Assembly: GCF_963921235.1 (NCBI RefSeq)
Contig: NC_086108.1
Span: 60,266,001 to 60,330,000, forward strand
Direction: 5' to 3'
DNA length: 64,000 nucleotides
Source: Mobula hypostoma
Lineage: Eukaryota
The stretch's first letter is position 1. Each line of letters begins with the position of its first letter. Positions 1-13,330 of the stretch are shown here, in pieces. The position numbers were made by a program, and so were the translations under genes. The notes beneath the pieces are model-generated. The model had not been told where the DNA came from. It saw only the letters and a program-made list of their open reading frames with translations, and made no database searches.

Positions 1-500
1 CAATATTTTGCTTTATGAAGGCCAAGGTGCCAAAAGCTTTCTTTACGACCCTATCTAAGTGTGACACCACTTTCAATGAATTATGGACGTGTATTCCCAG
101 ATCCCTTTGTTCTACCGCACTCCTAGTGCCCTACCGTCCACTGTGTAATACCTACCCTGGTTGGTCCTACTGAAGTGCAAGACCTCAAGCTTGTCTGCAT
201 TAAATTCTATCTGCCATTTTTCAGCCCATTTTTTTTTTTCCAGCTGGTCCAGATCCTTTTGCAAGCCACGATAGTCTTCTTTGCTGTCCACTACATCCCC
301 AGTCTTGGTGTCAGCCGCGAAATTGCAGATCCAGTGATACACCTTACCATTCAGATCATTGATGTAGATAACAAGCAACAACACACCCAGCACTGATCCC
401 TGCAGCACTCCACTACTCACAGGCCTCCAGTCAGCGAGGCAACCACCTACTAACATTCACTAGCTTCTCCCGCAAAGCCAATGTCTGATCCAATTTACTA
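1..500 (-). mobile_element. CR1 LINE RT fragment
   Basis: Encodes SGVLQGSVLG..IYINDL..NFAADTK..LQKDLDQL..WQIEFN. Confidence 0.85.
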
Positions 501-1056
501 CCAAATATGCTTATTAATTTTCATTCCTATGCTTTGCTCCATAGATTTTCATTCAAAACAAAGAGCAAAGAGCACCAGCAAGCTATTTATTAGTATGTGC
601 AGAGTTGCCAGTGTGGGTTTGAAGAAAAAAAAAATCAGGAACTGACAAACGGATGAAATCATAGAAACAAAAAATCTAGCACAGTAGAACTAGAGGAGTT
701 TGGATAAGCAAATGTAAACCCACAAAGAGATTAAAATATGAAACTTTTATATTTCATTATTCAGTTACAAGGCAAACAACATGTTCCATGTGAAAATGCT
801 AGCACTCTAATAGTGTGATTAAGACCACAACTAACATGATTATTAAGTAATTAATCTCAATCCAATATCTTTCAACAGTTTTAACTGAGAATAAAGCAAG
901 CTTTGCGTGTCAAATTATTTTACTGTATTTTTGTTCGCTTCAATTTTTTTGTAATACATGTGCATTCTTCAATCAAATGCAAGAAACTCAAATTGTTTAC
1001 ACTTCATTTGGATGAACCCATCATCAAGCACTGACTGAATTAAAAAGTATACTTAC

Positions 1057-1245
1057 CATAGTGCTATTCATGCTCTTGATTTTAGCACCATCAGTAATTG
1101 GAAAATTCCTTTCCAGCAAGGTAACTCTCTGGCTCAGATTACGAACATTTAAATCAATATATTGCAGCCTTTGGTCATTACGGGTGTGGTAAAACAGAAG
1201 GGTGGCATTCAACTCATTTAATTCATCTTGCACGTCCAGGATTTC
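1057..1245 (-). CDS. EFCAB14: EFCAB14 downstream coding exon (coiled-coil region); gene continues beyond window start
   Basis: Acceptor tttttttcatttcag|, donor ATG|gtaagt, 189 nt, phase 0/0. Encodes EILDVQDELNELNATLLFYHTRNDQRLQYIDLNVRNLSQRVTLLERNF..., similar to the human segment as I recall it (...NDLKL..VSNLTQRVNLIE). The C-terminal EF-hand exons are not in the window. Confidence 0.88.
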
Positions 1246-3404
1246 CTGAAATGAAAAAAAAACGCTTAATTGCTAATGGTGTTAGAACACAAATTAAAAC
1301 AATAGCCAATCCAAACCCAACACAGTCCAGGTACCTGTAATTTTCCCAAACCCAACTCAATTTGCAAAGTTTACACAGAAGCGGAAAAAAAAGACTGGTT
1401 TAAATAACAATGCATGGGCAGCTAGAGCCAAAGAGCACGTGCAATAATATTAATAAATTATCCTGACCCAAAATACTAAATAATGCTCAATCTCTTCCCA
1501 TTGTTTCTTTCTCAATGCATGAATCTTATTAAAGTGATGATTCGGAAGATTGGCTGTTTTAAGTTTCCCAATATCCATTGCCTTCAGTCCAACAAGCCTG
1601 CCCCAACCTAACCAAATGTTCTATAAAATAACGTGTATCTGAACCTGGCACACTAATTGCCCCTATATGGTAGCAGATATCTGGTACAATAACTTTCAAC
1701 AGCAAACTGACAAAAGCCACTACTTGAGTAATACTTCAATTATGCAAGTATCAACACTTTGATTGGTCACATCTTGAGAGATTTGCCTTCAAATAATTAT
1801 TCGCTTCAAGAGAATTTGCTGCGGGTTTAAAAAATGAGGCATAATCTTGTCTGGCAGTTTTCAGTCTACATCTAAATAATTTGTAAGCAATGTAAACAAG
1901 TAAGTAATTATTTCAAAATTGCATTTGTTCTTTTTTGGCTAGCCTTTCATGGTAGGATTGCTATTCAGAAAAGCCTCTAACATTTCTGCATTTATGTCTG
2001 TCAAAAATGAAATCCAATTTTCATCTCAATCTCTTATTTAACTACTTCAAAACAAGTTTTTTTCTATTCTAAACATTCAAGAAAAAGAGTAATGGAATGT
2101 GTTGTGAAATGCTCTGTTCTAACAGAATTTGCTTAGTTAGTTATGCAGCCTTTCTGCTCTCAACAGATTACAGCACTTGGAATTTACATAAATAAATTTA
2201 CCCCAATCTGTACAACAGGTTCCTTTCATTGACCCTAACAATTTACTGTACTGGCAAAAGTGAATAATGTTAACTGTTGAAATGAAAACTGCTCTGTATT
2301 AGGAGTATATAATCAAATGTGTGCAAGCAGGATAAGCATATCGTAAGAATAGGCTTCATTGTAGTTCCTGGGAATTTCCAAGAAATTTATTCTCAATACA
2401 TTTCTTCCTACCTATTAGAGAAATTGATTTAATCACTAAACACAGTACAGTTAGACAATACTTGAATAGTTCCATGCTTTTTATATAAATAGCAAACAAA
2501 ATTACCACTTTCTTTCTCTACTTAAACAGATCTCTTATATACATTTCCAAAGATAATATGTTAAACTTTTAATTACTCACTTTCACTTATAACTTTCAAT
2601 CTGTAGTATTTTTTCCTGCAAGGTTTTTTCTTTGGATTATTGAGTTTTTTTTTACACTCCATAATAGAATCACACATCACAGAAACATGCCTTGAGGCCC
2701 AACATGCCCCTACCAATCTATACCAATTCCATTTTCCAGTACTCAGTCATAGTATTCTTTGCAATGGCATTCAGCTGCTCAAATGCTAACATACACCACC
2801 CTTCAGGCAATGCAATTCAGAATTCAAGCGCCCTCTGGGTAAAAAAAATCCACAAATTCACTCCAAATCTCCAACTGCTTACCTGAAAACTATGCACACT
2901 GGTTATACATATAAACTGCAGCTCATGGAAGAAGTTTCTCACCTTTTCCCTCCTATCACTGCTCCATCAATTTTGTATATCTCTATCAAATCACCCCTCA
3001 GTTTTCCCTGCACCAAAATCTCATTATTGAAACTCTTACTCCGAGACAACATCCTGGTGTATCTTCTCTGCGTCCTTCCAGTACGTGCATCAAGAAACTT
3101 GTTGAAAAAAATTGTTTATTTATTTCACAATTCTGTTCTGTAATTCAAATTTTAAAAGCGATCTGTCAATTCGGTAAGCATCTGTATCCTATCCACAGCA
3201 AATATGAAGGAATGTATTCTATATGCCTTCTATACGTACCTATTTGTGCTGCTGCCTTCAGACCATTGTCCCTCTGCTCCTCAGTACTTAAGATACGACT
3301 ATTTATTGTTTGCATCCTAGCCATAGTCCTCCCAAAATGCTCATATTCTACAGGATTATATTCCATCTGCCATCTTGGTCCTTATTTAATCTAAAGTACA
3401 GTAT

Positions 3405-3592
3405 CAGTAGCACAGTGGTTAGCACAATGCTTTACAGTTCCAGCAACCCGGGTTCATGTCCTGCCCCTGTCTGAGGGGTGTCTGTGCTCTCCCCATGACT
3501 GTACAGGTTTCCTCCGGATGCTTCAGTTTCCTCCCAAAGATGTACAGGTTGGCAGGTTAATTGGTCATTGTAAATTGTTCCGTGATTAGGCT
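3405..3592 (+). mobile_element. tRNA-derived SINE (V-SINE-like); related copies at about 22735-22960 (-), 38830-39090 (-) and 57810-57990 (+)
   Basis: A-box-like TAGCACAGTGG, B-box-like GGGTTCATGTCC, and central domain GGTTTCCTCCGGxTGCTxCxGTTTCCTCCC...GGTTAATTGGTCATTGTAAATT. Confidence 0.75.
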
Positions 3593-4089
3593 TGGGTGCC
3601 ATCTCACTATCGACAAAATCCACAATGGCATCTGTGAACTTACTAGGTATACTTTCTACATTCACATTCATAAGCAAGGGTCCCAATAGCTGTGGTACAT
3701 CAAGTCTCAGGTCTTCAATTGTAAAAATAACCCTCTACCTCTCAGTACTAAGCCAGCTTGAAATTCATTTCCCAGTTTGCCCTGGATCCCATATGGCACA
3801 CGGTCAAAGGCCTTGTTGAATTTCATACAGACTGCCAACTAAACTGCTATCATCAACACACCTCCTTGAAAAATTCAAAATTATTCAGCAGGAACTTCCC
3901 ATACAGCCATGCCGACTCTGCCTGAAACCCTGTCTCTCCAAGTGCAGAATGTTCTCAACAAATGGTTATGCTTCAATCTTTTGTGATCGCATCTGACTTT
4001 CTTATTTGCATTTAAACTATCAAGTGGTTTATCTAGAAAAAAAATTAAAACGAAATAGCAGCAATTAAAGCAATGGGCTAGAACATGCA

Positions 4090-4144
4090 CTACTACTACT
4101 ACGTCGACTCAGGCCTGGGGGGGGGGGGGGGGCCGGCGTCAGGC
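4090..4144 (-). mobile_element. 55-bp extreme 3' fragment of a non-LTR retroelement (RTE-like tail)
   Basis: Perfect 10-bp TSD AGAACATGCA at 4080-4089 and 4145-4154. Minus strand ends in a (GTA)n tail and the insert contains a G16 run. Family assignment is tentative. Confidence 0.75.
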
Positions 4145-4320
4145 AGAACATGCAGGGCCCAGTTTACTGCCTGGATCACTCCCACAACTTTTCCAGATGT
4201 AGAAAGCTGAACAAACTGACCTTATGTACCCAAGTTGCAACCTGTAGGTTCTGAAAGGGAAGCAGGCCTTGAACTCATCCAGGAAATTATGGTGATCCAA
4301 AGCTATCTCATTTTATATTA

Positions 4321-4396
4321 TAAAATCCAAGAACATCGGGAATCTGAAACACTTCCAGCCCCAAGCATTTCGCATAAGGGGTATGTACTCAACCTG
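4321..4396 (-). mobile_element. Tigger4/MER46-like terminal fragment
   Basis: Reverse complement TA|CAGGTTGAGTACATACCCCTTATGCGAAATGCTTGGGGCTGGAAGTGTTTCAGATT resembles the MER46/Tigger4 end as I recall it. Only one end was seen. Confidence 0.6.
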
Positions 4397-5729
4397 TATC
4401 CAAAATCTAAAATAATGCAACGTAATTATCCTGAAACACCAGCTACTTATCTTTACAGAGGAGACACCTGATCAATTAAAAACACACCCTTTTTAGTTTT
4501 AATCTCAAGTTCCTTATATTTTCAGTACTTTCAAAAACTTTCAAAATGTTGGTCAGCTGCCCACAATGTTACAAATGGTAGAATGTGCTTATGCCAATTC
4601 AAAATTTGGCATAAAACATTTAATGGGTTTAAAATTGGCATTTCTTTTTCCAGTAAACCATAAAGTATGAATGGAACTCATGAGAAATTAAGCAAAGCTA
4701 AGTAGTTTTTAAAAATTACTTAATAAATGCAGCAAATAAAACAAAATAAAATTCTTAGCAGCGATCATTTTCTAACAATTCATTTGTATTATAATCACAG
4801 TTTAGATTGCAGGTTCAACTACAACATAGTTCTAAACTTTCCACTTTGCTTGTAATGATCCCACACAAATTGATTTTAACACCTGCAAAGAACACTCAAG
4901 TGATATGAAGAAAACACATACCAATAATTTCATACAGGAACTAGTGTATGAAGAATGTTGGCAGAAAATAAAAAGAGACTGTAGACTAATATTACAGAAG
5001 AATTTGTGTGTCAAAGTAGCAACCCGCATGGATATGTCTGTCAATCCTACAAAGACAGCAGAGCACATTGAAACTGAAACTTATTAAAACATATGAGATG
5101 CAGGGTTAGATAAGCAGAAGCAGAAAATAAAACAGGTTATGCAAGCATCCCAACTTTGGTTAGGCTAAAGCTTGAGTAGTGTGTCCAAATCTAGTCACTA
5201 TACACCAGAATGTGAAGCTTCTCAAGAATGTAAAGAATGTCCAAGAACGAGGAAATTTTGCTTCGTTGGATTAGAAAGGCTGTGTTATTCTCCTTAGAAA
5301 ATGTTCAAAGATATGATAGGGATGGCAACAATTAATCAAAAAACAATTGTGGAATATCCTCCTTGAATTCAGCTGCCCACAAGGATTCATCTCTCATTTA
5401 TAACAGTTGTCAAAAAGTCTTCAACGGAGCCAAATCTTACTTAAGGTCAGAGTCAAATAAGGCAGTACTTTACTTGCACCCACATCAAATAAACTCAGTG
5501 TTATTAATCTTCTTTACTAATGAAAAACTGTTCAACTCATTGTGACTACACAAGAGCCAAGGTCATCCAAACTTCCAATAGCCTAGCTGCAATATGCAGA
5601 TGATGGTTGCAGTTGTAGACATTCAAAAGGCCAAGTTCCAACCCCTTGACACTCTTTCCCTAAAGCATACCAGAATGGGCCTTGTACTCCATAAAATGTT
5701 TGCAATTCATGTGTTTTGTTTTGTGTGTG

Positions 5730-6340
5730 ATATACACAAGAATGTAGGGGATCTGATTAATAAGTTTGGAGATAGTAACAAAAATTGGTGAAATTCTGGA
5801 TAGAGTTAAAGGCTTCAGTAGGATTCAGACCAGTTGAAAATGTGGGTAAAGAAATTGCGGATGGAGTTTAATCTAGACAAGTGAGGTGTTGCATTTTGGG
5901 AGCTCAAATGCAAAAAAGTACACAATAAAAAGCAGGACCCTTTGGGGCACTGGTATACAGAGGAGTCTTGGGGTGCAGGTCCATTCCTCTCTGAAAGATA
6001 CAACACAAAAGAAATATGGTGGTAAAGAAGGTCTGTACCTTTAGATGTAGGGATGTTATGTATAGAAGTCAGTCATGTTACAGTTGTATAAAACTTTTGG
6101 TTAGGACATATTTGTAGGACTGTGTTCAGTACTGATCACCATGTTACAGGAAGGCTTTTGAGAGGGTGCTGAAGAGGTTTACCAGGATGAATGATACTGG
6201 ATTAGAGAACACTAACTATAAAGCAGAGGTTCCCAACCTTCTTTATGCCATGGACCAAAACGGTTAAGCAAGGGATCCTGGAACCCCAGGTTGGGAACTC
6301 CTGCTATAAAGTGAGAATGGACAAACTCGACTATTTTCTC
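5730..6340 (+). mobile_element. Degenerate CR1 fragment
   Basis: Remnants of ISKF.D, MEFN.DKCEVLHFG and the LVRP/LE.CVQ region; hosts the hAT MITE. Confidence 0.7.
6224..6303. mobile_element. 80-bp hAT (Charlie-like) MITE
   Basis: TIRs CAGAGGTTCCCAACC ... GGTTGGGAACTCCTG. Perfect 8-bp TSD CTATAAAG at 6216-6223 and 6304-6311. Inserted in a CR1 fragment. Confidence 0.9.
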
Positions 6341-9007
6341 TGAACCACCCACCTACCTCCCCCGTCACCTGGGCTTAACTATCACTTGCCAGCTTACACT
6401 CCTCACTCTCCCCCTACATTTTATTCTGCCTTCTGCCCCCTTCTTTTCTAGTCCTGATGAAGGGTCTTGGCTTGAGATGTCAACTATTTATTTCCCTCCA
6501 TAGATGCTTCCTGACCTGCTGAGTTCCTTGATATTTCATGAGCATTGCTCAAGATATCCAGTATTTGCAGAATCTCACGTCCTCACACTTAGAACACAAT
6601 ATTCCAAGTATGATCTAGCCAGACTTTTATAGAGCTCCAACATTACCTCATGGCTCTTAAACTCAATCCATGACTAATGAAAACCAACACACCATACGCC
6701 TTCATAGCCACCCTATCAAATTGCGCAGCAACTTCGAAGGATCTATGGATAGGGACCCCAAGATCCCGGAGATTAATGGACTTCTGTTAATCAAAAGATA
6801 TTAAACGGCATAGCAAAAGTCACTGTATCCGTATCTTGGGATTAGGAATCTTAAGGATTTAACAGCCTATTTCTATTCCTACATTGGAGTGCATTTTCCT
6901 GTGTCGAAAGTGAGCAGGAAGCAAATAAAAACAAGCCAGAAAAATAAAACAGTCTTTTATAGAACAGTGAGGAACAAATGGTAAAATGAGACTAATAGAA
7001 GGAAAAGTACTATCAATTCAATCATTCAGGTAAACAGAATGTTCACCCAAGATGTCATCCATGTGTTTGGCCTCTTTAGAGGTCACACTGGAGCAGTATT
7101 TACTGTATGGTAGCTTCAGCTTGGCACATAAATCGATATCCCAGATGGAAAAGCATTTTAGCATGGAATTGACAAGCACCATATCTATTGCAATTGTACT
7201 GAAAACATACAGTACTAAAGTAAAAGAAGGGATATTGGAAAAGTAAACACAAATACTCCAGATGTGTTGAATAGCAGGCAGGATAAAATAGAAACTGTAT
7301 ATTACACTGGGATTCTGGAGTGACTTGTGGGGTTGGGGGAATTACTACATGTAAACAGTGAATGGTAAGAGCAAAGATTCAGGAAACCAGGTGTAGACAA
7401 AATAAAGATAGATTAGTATAGATACATCAAAGAGGAAAGCAAAGGGTGCAGCCTTTGTAGGAAGTGAGAGACAAAGCACAGGATCTAGATGACCTAGAAG
7501 ATTTAGAAAAGTGCATGCAAAAAGGGAAGGAAAGACAGGTTACAAAAATCAAGAGGATAACATTTACCTGATAAAACTCTCTAGATCAGAGTGAAAACAA
7601 AATGGAGCAGTGACATTTTCATCATAAAGGAATTGGAGAGGATGTCAGCAGAAATGGAATGTTTCTCAGATACTCAAAAGAAGGTAGGCCTATTTTGAAC
7701 GCAAGGTTTCCAGATACACACATTTTTTCTCAAGAAAAGGACCTAGGAGGTCAGACTGTGTGGACTAATGCCAGCAGTTCAATGGGAATTGCCTGTATTA
7801 AGCTGCTAAACTGAATGGTGGCAAGTAAGAGAGAGAATGAGGAAGAGCAAAGAAATTGTTAGCATAATCCAATGGAAAACAGGATGCCACGTACATAGCT
7901 GACAGTCAACTTTAGCTGGATAAAGATGCTTCCCCCAGTTTTAAATCTGATACTGGCAGAGAAAATGGAATGCCCCAACTACAGAAAACGTTACTCAATT
8001 TCAGGGTAATATTGCTATTTTTAATGCATTCAGGTAAGAAAGGATTTTTAAATTAACCAAAGAAAAATTATGCTTAAAATTTGTCAATTTCCATTTTGCA
8101 TCCAACTGGTCAACAATATTACAAGCATAAAAATCCACATTATTATTCAACATCAAAGACAATCCATTTAGTATTCCATCCTACAAAACAATTGCCAGTG
8201 GGGATGAGAAGCCTATCGGAAAAAGTTTGGAAGACTAAACCAATCAGACTGGAGATTGAACCTGATATTTTCTTTTCCTGAATGACATAATGCTACACAA
8301 GACAGGTGACCCCTGTATTGTAAATGTTAGCCTTTCAGGTAACAAAAACACTCTTGCAGAATTCACAAATAACTATTCAAAAATTTATGAAACAGGATTA
8401 GATTCAGTTTTACAGAATATATGTGAAAAAGTTAGTAAATCAACAAGTTTATCTTTTCTTTAAACTCATATACACAGATCCAACTTATTACAGGTAAATC
8501 ATGATATGGCAGCTTCCTGCATATTAACCTTTGTCCCTTTTTAATGTACCCATCTACAGAAATACAGAACAATTTTAATTTGTCAAATTAGACTGTTTTG
8601 TTTACATTATCAACACCAGAAACTAACAGATTTATTATTCAAAAGGGTAATTGAGGTAAAATCTCCAAATAGTACTTTGACGATTAGCCTGTTTAATCAC
8701 TAAGCAATATTGATAGAAGTTGTTAAATTAACAATTTATGACTGATAGAAAAGTTGAAGAATTTACTGTTAAATCTCAGTAATATTCTTCTACTTCCTTT
8801 CAGATATTATTTTGATGAAATGTCAACAGCAAAAATAGAACACCATTACATCAAAGCAACCTATTTTATTGCAACTCCAGTATGACAAATAAATTACAAA
8901 ATGGAGGATATAGGGAGTGAGTGAGTATTCTACATGACACTGAAAAAAAATAAAATCACTTGATTTGAAATACTCTCATCCTCATTTCTTTCAAGTGCAT
9001 TCCTTAC

Positions 9008-9118
9008 CTCATTTTGCTGAAGTGTCTCCATTTTTTTCTTCTGATCTTCTAAGGTTGCTTTTATAGTACCAACATCATTCTGAACACTAGTAAGCGTGCT
9101 CCCAATTGTGGCAACACT
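9008..9118 (-). CDS. EFCAB14: EFCAB14 coding exon 5 (not in the ORF track)
   Basis: Acceptor cattacag|, donor GAG|gtaagg, 111 nt, phase 0/0. Encodes SVATIGSTLTSVQNDVGTIKATLEDQKKKMETLQQNE, similar to the human segment as I recall it (SVASIGNTLNSV...). Confidence 0.9.
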
Positions 9119-10260
9119 CTGTAATGATCAATGTAATGAACTCAGGTTTTTCCCCACATATATTTATATTTTACAGCTTTTTTGAAAAGTTTTATAATCA
9201 GAAGCATTTGTTCCCAAATATTACCAGAGTTTAATATGCATAACCATTTTTAAATATCAATTTTCTGGATGATAGTAATCCATTTATGGTTCAACCCAAA
9301 TTGCTATTCAGAAGTGATGATTGGCTGTTTCCTTCAGACAGAACAAGTCAAATGGCCAAATGCTCCCACAATTCTCTTGGATAAAGAATTTGATTAGTTT
9401 AAACTCCAACAAAACATTCTATACCTACAATAGGAGAACGTGTACAAGTGGAGTGAGTCTACATATTTTGTCTATTCAGTGAGTCATTTCAACAATCTAT
9501 AAATCAGCAAATTACATGTTACAGGCATTTTTAAACTGATAGATTGGATTTTATACCTTGTACAGCTTTTATATTGAATTTGTTTTTCACTGTGGCAGTT
9601 TATCAAAACCATCCTTACAGCCAAGTCCACTGTTGCATCCAACACAAGTCCTATTCTTCTGGAACCCCACATAAATGATTTTTACCTAACACTCCCACTG
9701 TGACCAGCCTCCAAAGGGATCAAAATTCTGAAGTGTACATATTAATTTTGTTTTCACAGATCTACTCTTCTCTGCAAACTGCCCTAGTGTAATCATGCCA
9801 AAGTACACCTATTTTCTGTTTTTCACTCACATATAGTTGAAATATTAGGATTCCTCCTCAAGAATAAAACACAGAATCTTGCTAGGCCATCTCTTAATTG
9901 ATTTTCAAAGACCACATTGGATATATTCAATGTATGCTCTGCAGACCAGTTTTTGCAAGAGTTTGATCAAATGATAGCCAAGTGATATAAAAAACTATTC
10001 TCAGCCTATTGTGTGTATCTATATATAAAAAAGCTCCTTTGTAATATATTCTTCTGCTTTTAATATCTTCCTTTATCTTTAACCTATTAGGTTTAAATCC
10101 CAACTGAGATATCAAATATATTTTACTGTTGTAATCAATCATGCATAAAAAAAACAAGTAATTGCATTGATGACAGAAAAACTGCTTTATCTGATGTAAA
10201 AACTTAAAATGACGCAAGTGATTTCAGTCAATTACATCAAGCAAATAAAAGTACAGAAAC

Positions 10261-10359
10261 CTTCTGGAGTTCTTCCACAGTGACTGGAAGGTTGATTAGA
10301 TCAGATGCTGATTTGACGTTGGCTTTTAAATGAGCAACAGCTGAATTCAGTTGGTTAAT
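10261..10359 (-). CDS. EFCAB14: EFCAB14 coding exon 4
   Basis: Acceptor ttttctaccag|, donor AAG|gtttct, 99 nt, phase 0/0. Encodes INQLNSAVAHLKANVKSASDLINLPVTVEELQK. Confidence 0.92.
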
Positions 10360-10974
10360 CTGGTAGAAAACAAAAATGTGAATTGAGTTACATTTAAGTA
10401 CAAGCTGGAAGTCAAACAAAAATCTTACAATCAGTCTCTCTTCCACTTATGTGCCAGTATCAGACACAAACATTATCTTCAGCTTGTAATATTTTAACTC
10501 CAGCAAATTGTTGGCTTCAGCCAAAAATAAATACCTTTTGCTGAAGTTGGCCAATGTGCAGATTTTGAGAGCAGCAATGGAAAATTTGACCAAATTTCAA
10601 AAGTTTAAATAATATTAAACAGGCATAGCAAATAAATTGCATAAATTAAAAGCATTCATCAGGTTTTTTGAATATCAAAAACAGGCAGATTCAACATTAG
10701 ACTTAGCTAGGAAGTAATGAAAATAGTGAAACATCAGAAACATGGCACTTATACAGACAAAGGCAAAGAATGGGCTGAAGATCAGAGAAGCAAAGATAAG
10801 CTACTGTAGAAGAGATAAAGTGGGGCTATAAATAAGAGCTGGAAGCATCAGAACAAAACAGACTTCTCAGAATTTTAACAATTGTTCTATTTCAGTAGTA
10901 ATCATGCTTGCTCACAATGGAATATCGCACTTTAAAAACCCCAAGTATCATACAATATATTAAAAAAAATACTG

Positions 10975-11860
10975 GGAAGGGTGAGCCTGACATCAGTGAT
11001 AGGAAATTTATTGGAAGGTATTCCAAGGGAGGGGGTATACAAGTATTTGGATAGAGAGGGACTGATTCGGGATCGTCAACATGGCTTTGTGCATGGTAAA
11101 TCTTGTCGAACTAATCTTAGTTTTTTTCAGGATGGACGTGTCTACTTGACAGGGACTCCCGTGGGAGGTTGGTCAAGAACGTTCAGTCGCTCGGCATTCA
11201 AAATGAGGTAGTAAATGAGATTAGACATTGGCTTTGCAGGACAATCCAGACAGTGGCATTAGATGGTTGAGTTCTCTGATCGGATTTCCGTGATTAGTGG
11301 TGTGCCACAGGATTGGAGCAGAGTCTATTATTGTTTGTCATCTATATCAATAATCTGGCCTAATTTGGAGGTCTGTGTCTGTCCAGTTTTGGTCACCTAC
11401 ATACAGGAAAGATGTAAATAAGATGAAAAGAATATAGAGAAAATTTACAAGGATGTTGCTAGGACTTGAGGACTTGCAAAAGGTTGAATAGGTTTGGGCT
11501 TTATTGAGGGCCAATTTGATAGAGGTATACAAAATTGATAGGGTAAATGCAAGCAGGCTTTTTCCCACTGAGGTTGAATGAGATTATAACTAAAGATAAT
11601 GGATCAAGGGTGAAAGGTGAAATGTTTAAGAGGAACATGTGGGGGAACTCCTTCATTCAGAGGGTGGTGAGAGCGTGGAGTGTACTGCCAGCAGAAGTGG
11701 TGGATGCAGGGTTGATTTCAACATTCAAAATATATTTGGATAGGTACGTGGATGGGAAGGATATGAAAGGTTACGGCCCAGGTGCAGGTTGATGGGTCCA
11801 GGCAGATTAATGGTTTGGCATGGACCTGATAAGCTTCTGTGCTGTAGTGTTCCATGACTC
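10975..11860 (+). mobile_element. CR1 fragment (RT region to 3' end, internally deleted)
   Basis: Encodes SLTSVIG..QHGFVHGKSCRTNL and NSFIQRVVRAW; typical CR1 3' UTR. Confidence 0.85.
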
Positions 11861-11869
11861 TAAACATTT

Positions 11870-13130
11870 CAACTGTACCCCTCTCTATCATTTCCTCTGT
11901 CACCTGTTCCACGTACCTTCGGCCAGCATCTATGGAGATATCCACAGCTCATAATGAGTCACTGTAACAGGCTTGAAAGCACAGAAGAGAAATAAGAAGA
12001 GGGGTAAGAGAGATGATAGAGCCAGGTAGGGTGAGGAGAGGTAGAGCTGGAGAGAGAGTCTGGAAGGTGATAAGTAGAGACCCAAGAGATTACAGTGCTG
12101 CTATCTGATGAGGAAGGAAGGTGATAAGGGAGGAATGATAGGCAGTTGGAACCAGTTGGAGGAGACTCAATGTGTGTGTAGGTAATAGGCAGATGGAACC
12201 AGGTGGATCAGAAGGAGAGAGAACAGACCACAGGTTCCCTGAAATTGGAAAATCCCATGTTCATACCATTGGTTTGTAGACCAGAGACAGAATAAGAGAC
12301 AATGTCTTCTAGTTTACATTTGGTCTCACTTTGGCAGTGAAAACATAGAGGACAGACAGGTAGGTGTGGAAATGGGGAGCTGAAATGCAATGTGATCAGG
12401 ATGACCAATGTGGATACAGCACCCATGTTCTGCCAAATGATGTCTACACTTGTCTCATCATTGTAGAGGAGGCCACATTTGGAGCAGTGAATGCAGTAGA
12501 CAAGGTTGGAGGCAGTGCACGTGAATCTCTTCTTCAGTAGAAAGGGCTATCTAGGTCCCTGGATGGTGATAAGGGATGAGCTGTAGGAAAAAGTGCCGTA
12601 GGGGACGAGCGGGGGTGAACAGGTGGAGATGAACTAGACAGGGTTACAGTGAGAGTGGTCCCTGCAGAAAGCAGAAAATGGTGCGCAGGAGAAAATGTGA
12701 TTCATGGTGGGATCTTATCACAGAAATGACAAAGGACGAGGTGCTGGATCCCATGTCTGGTAGGGTGAAAGACCAGGACCAAAGGGACTCTGTTCTGTCT
12801 GGGTGGAAGTAGGGTGAGAGCAGAAGTATGGGAGATGGAGGAATGCAAATTACAACTCCATTAACCACAAGAGTTGAAGCTATATTTCCTGAAAAAGGAT
12901 TCTGCAAGACATCCTGGAATGGAAAGGCTCAATTTAAAAACAGATGCAGCATAGACAGCTTAAAAACTGGGAGAAAGGGATGGCATTTTTACAAGAAGCT
13001 GAGTGGAAGGCAGTTTAATCAAGGTAGGTGTGAGTGTCAGTTGGTTTAACGTAAATGTCAGCAGATAGTATGTCACCTGAAATGAAGATAGAGTGATCTA
13101 GAAAAAAAAGTCAGAAATTGTCCAATTGAA
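11870..13130 (-). mobile_element. Older degenerate Penelope-like fragment
   Basis: Remnant ...ETKCKLE..SGLQTNGMNMGFSNFR, homologous to the 48168-48515 peptide, followed by a purine-rich tail. Confidence 0.65.
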
Positions 13131-13330
13131 TATTCATTTCCTGCTGATCTGCCCATATACAAAATATCACTAACTATGGATGGTGTTCTCCAGGTATTTT
13201 TAAAAGCCTTTTGCTCTCATCATTTCTTTTGCTCCTTGCCATCCTCTGATCCCTCCCCAGCTTTCAATTTTCATCTGGTTATATATTCATTGCCACCTTA
13301 CTGACCAATACTCAAATAAATGAATATTCA

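Noticed and set aside
2201..2250. Candidate missing EFCAB14 exon (cttttgccag|TACAGT...TTGGG|gtaaat)
   Set aside because: It is 49 nt long and would shift the frame between two phase-0 exons.
3405..3475. tRNA-like A and B boxes
   Set aside because: SINE head with no cloverleaf; not a tRNA gene.
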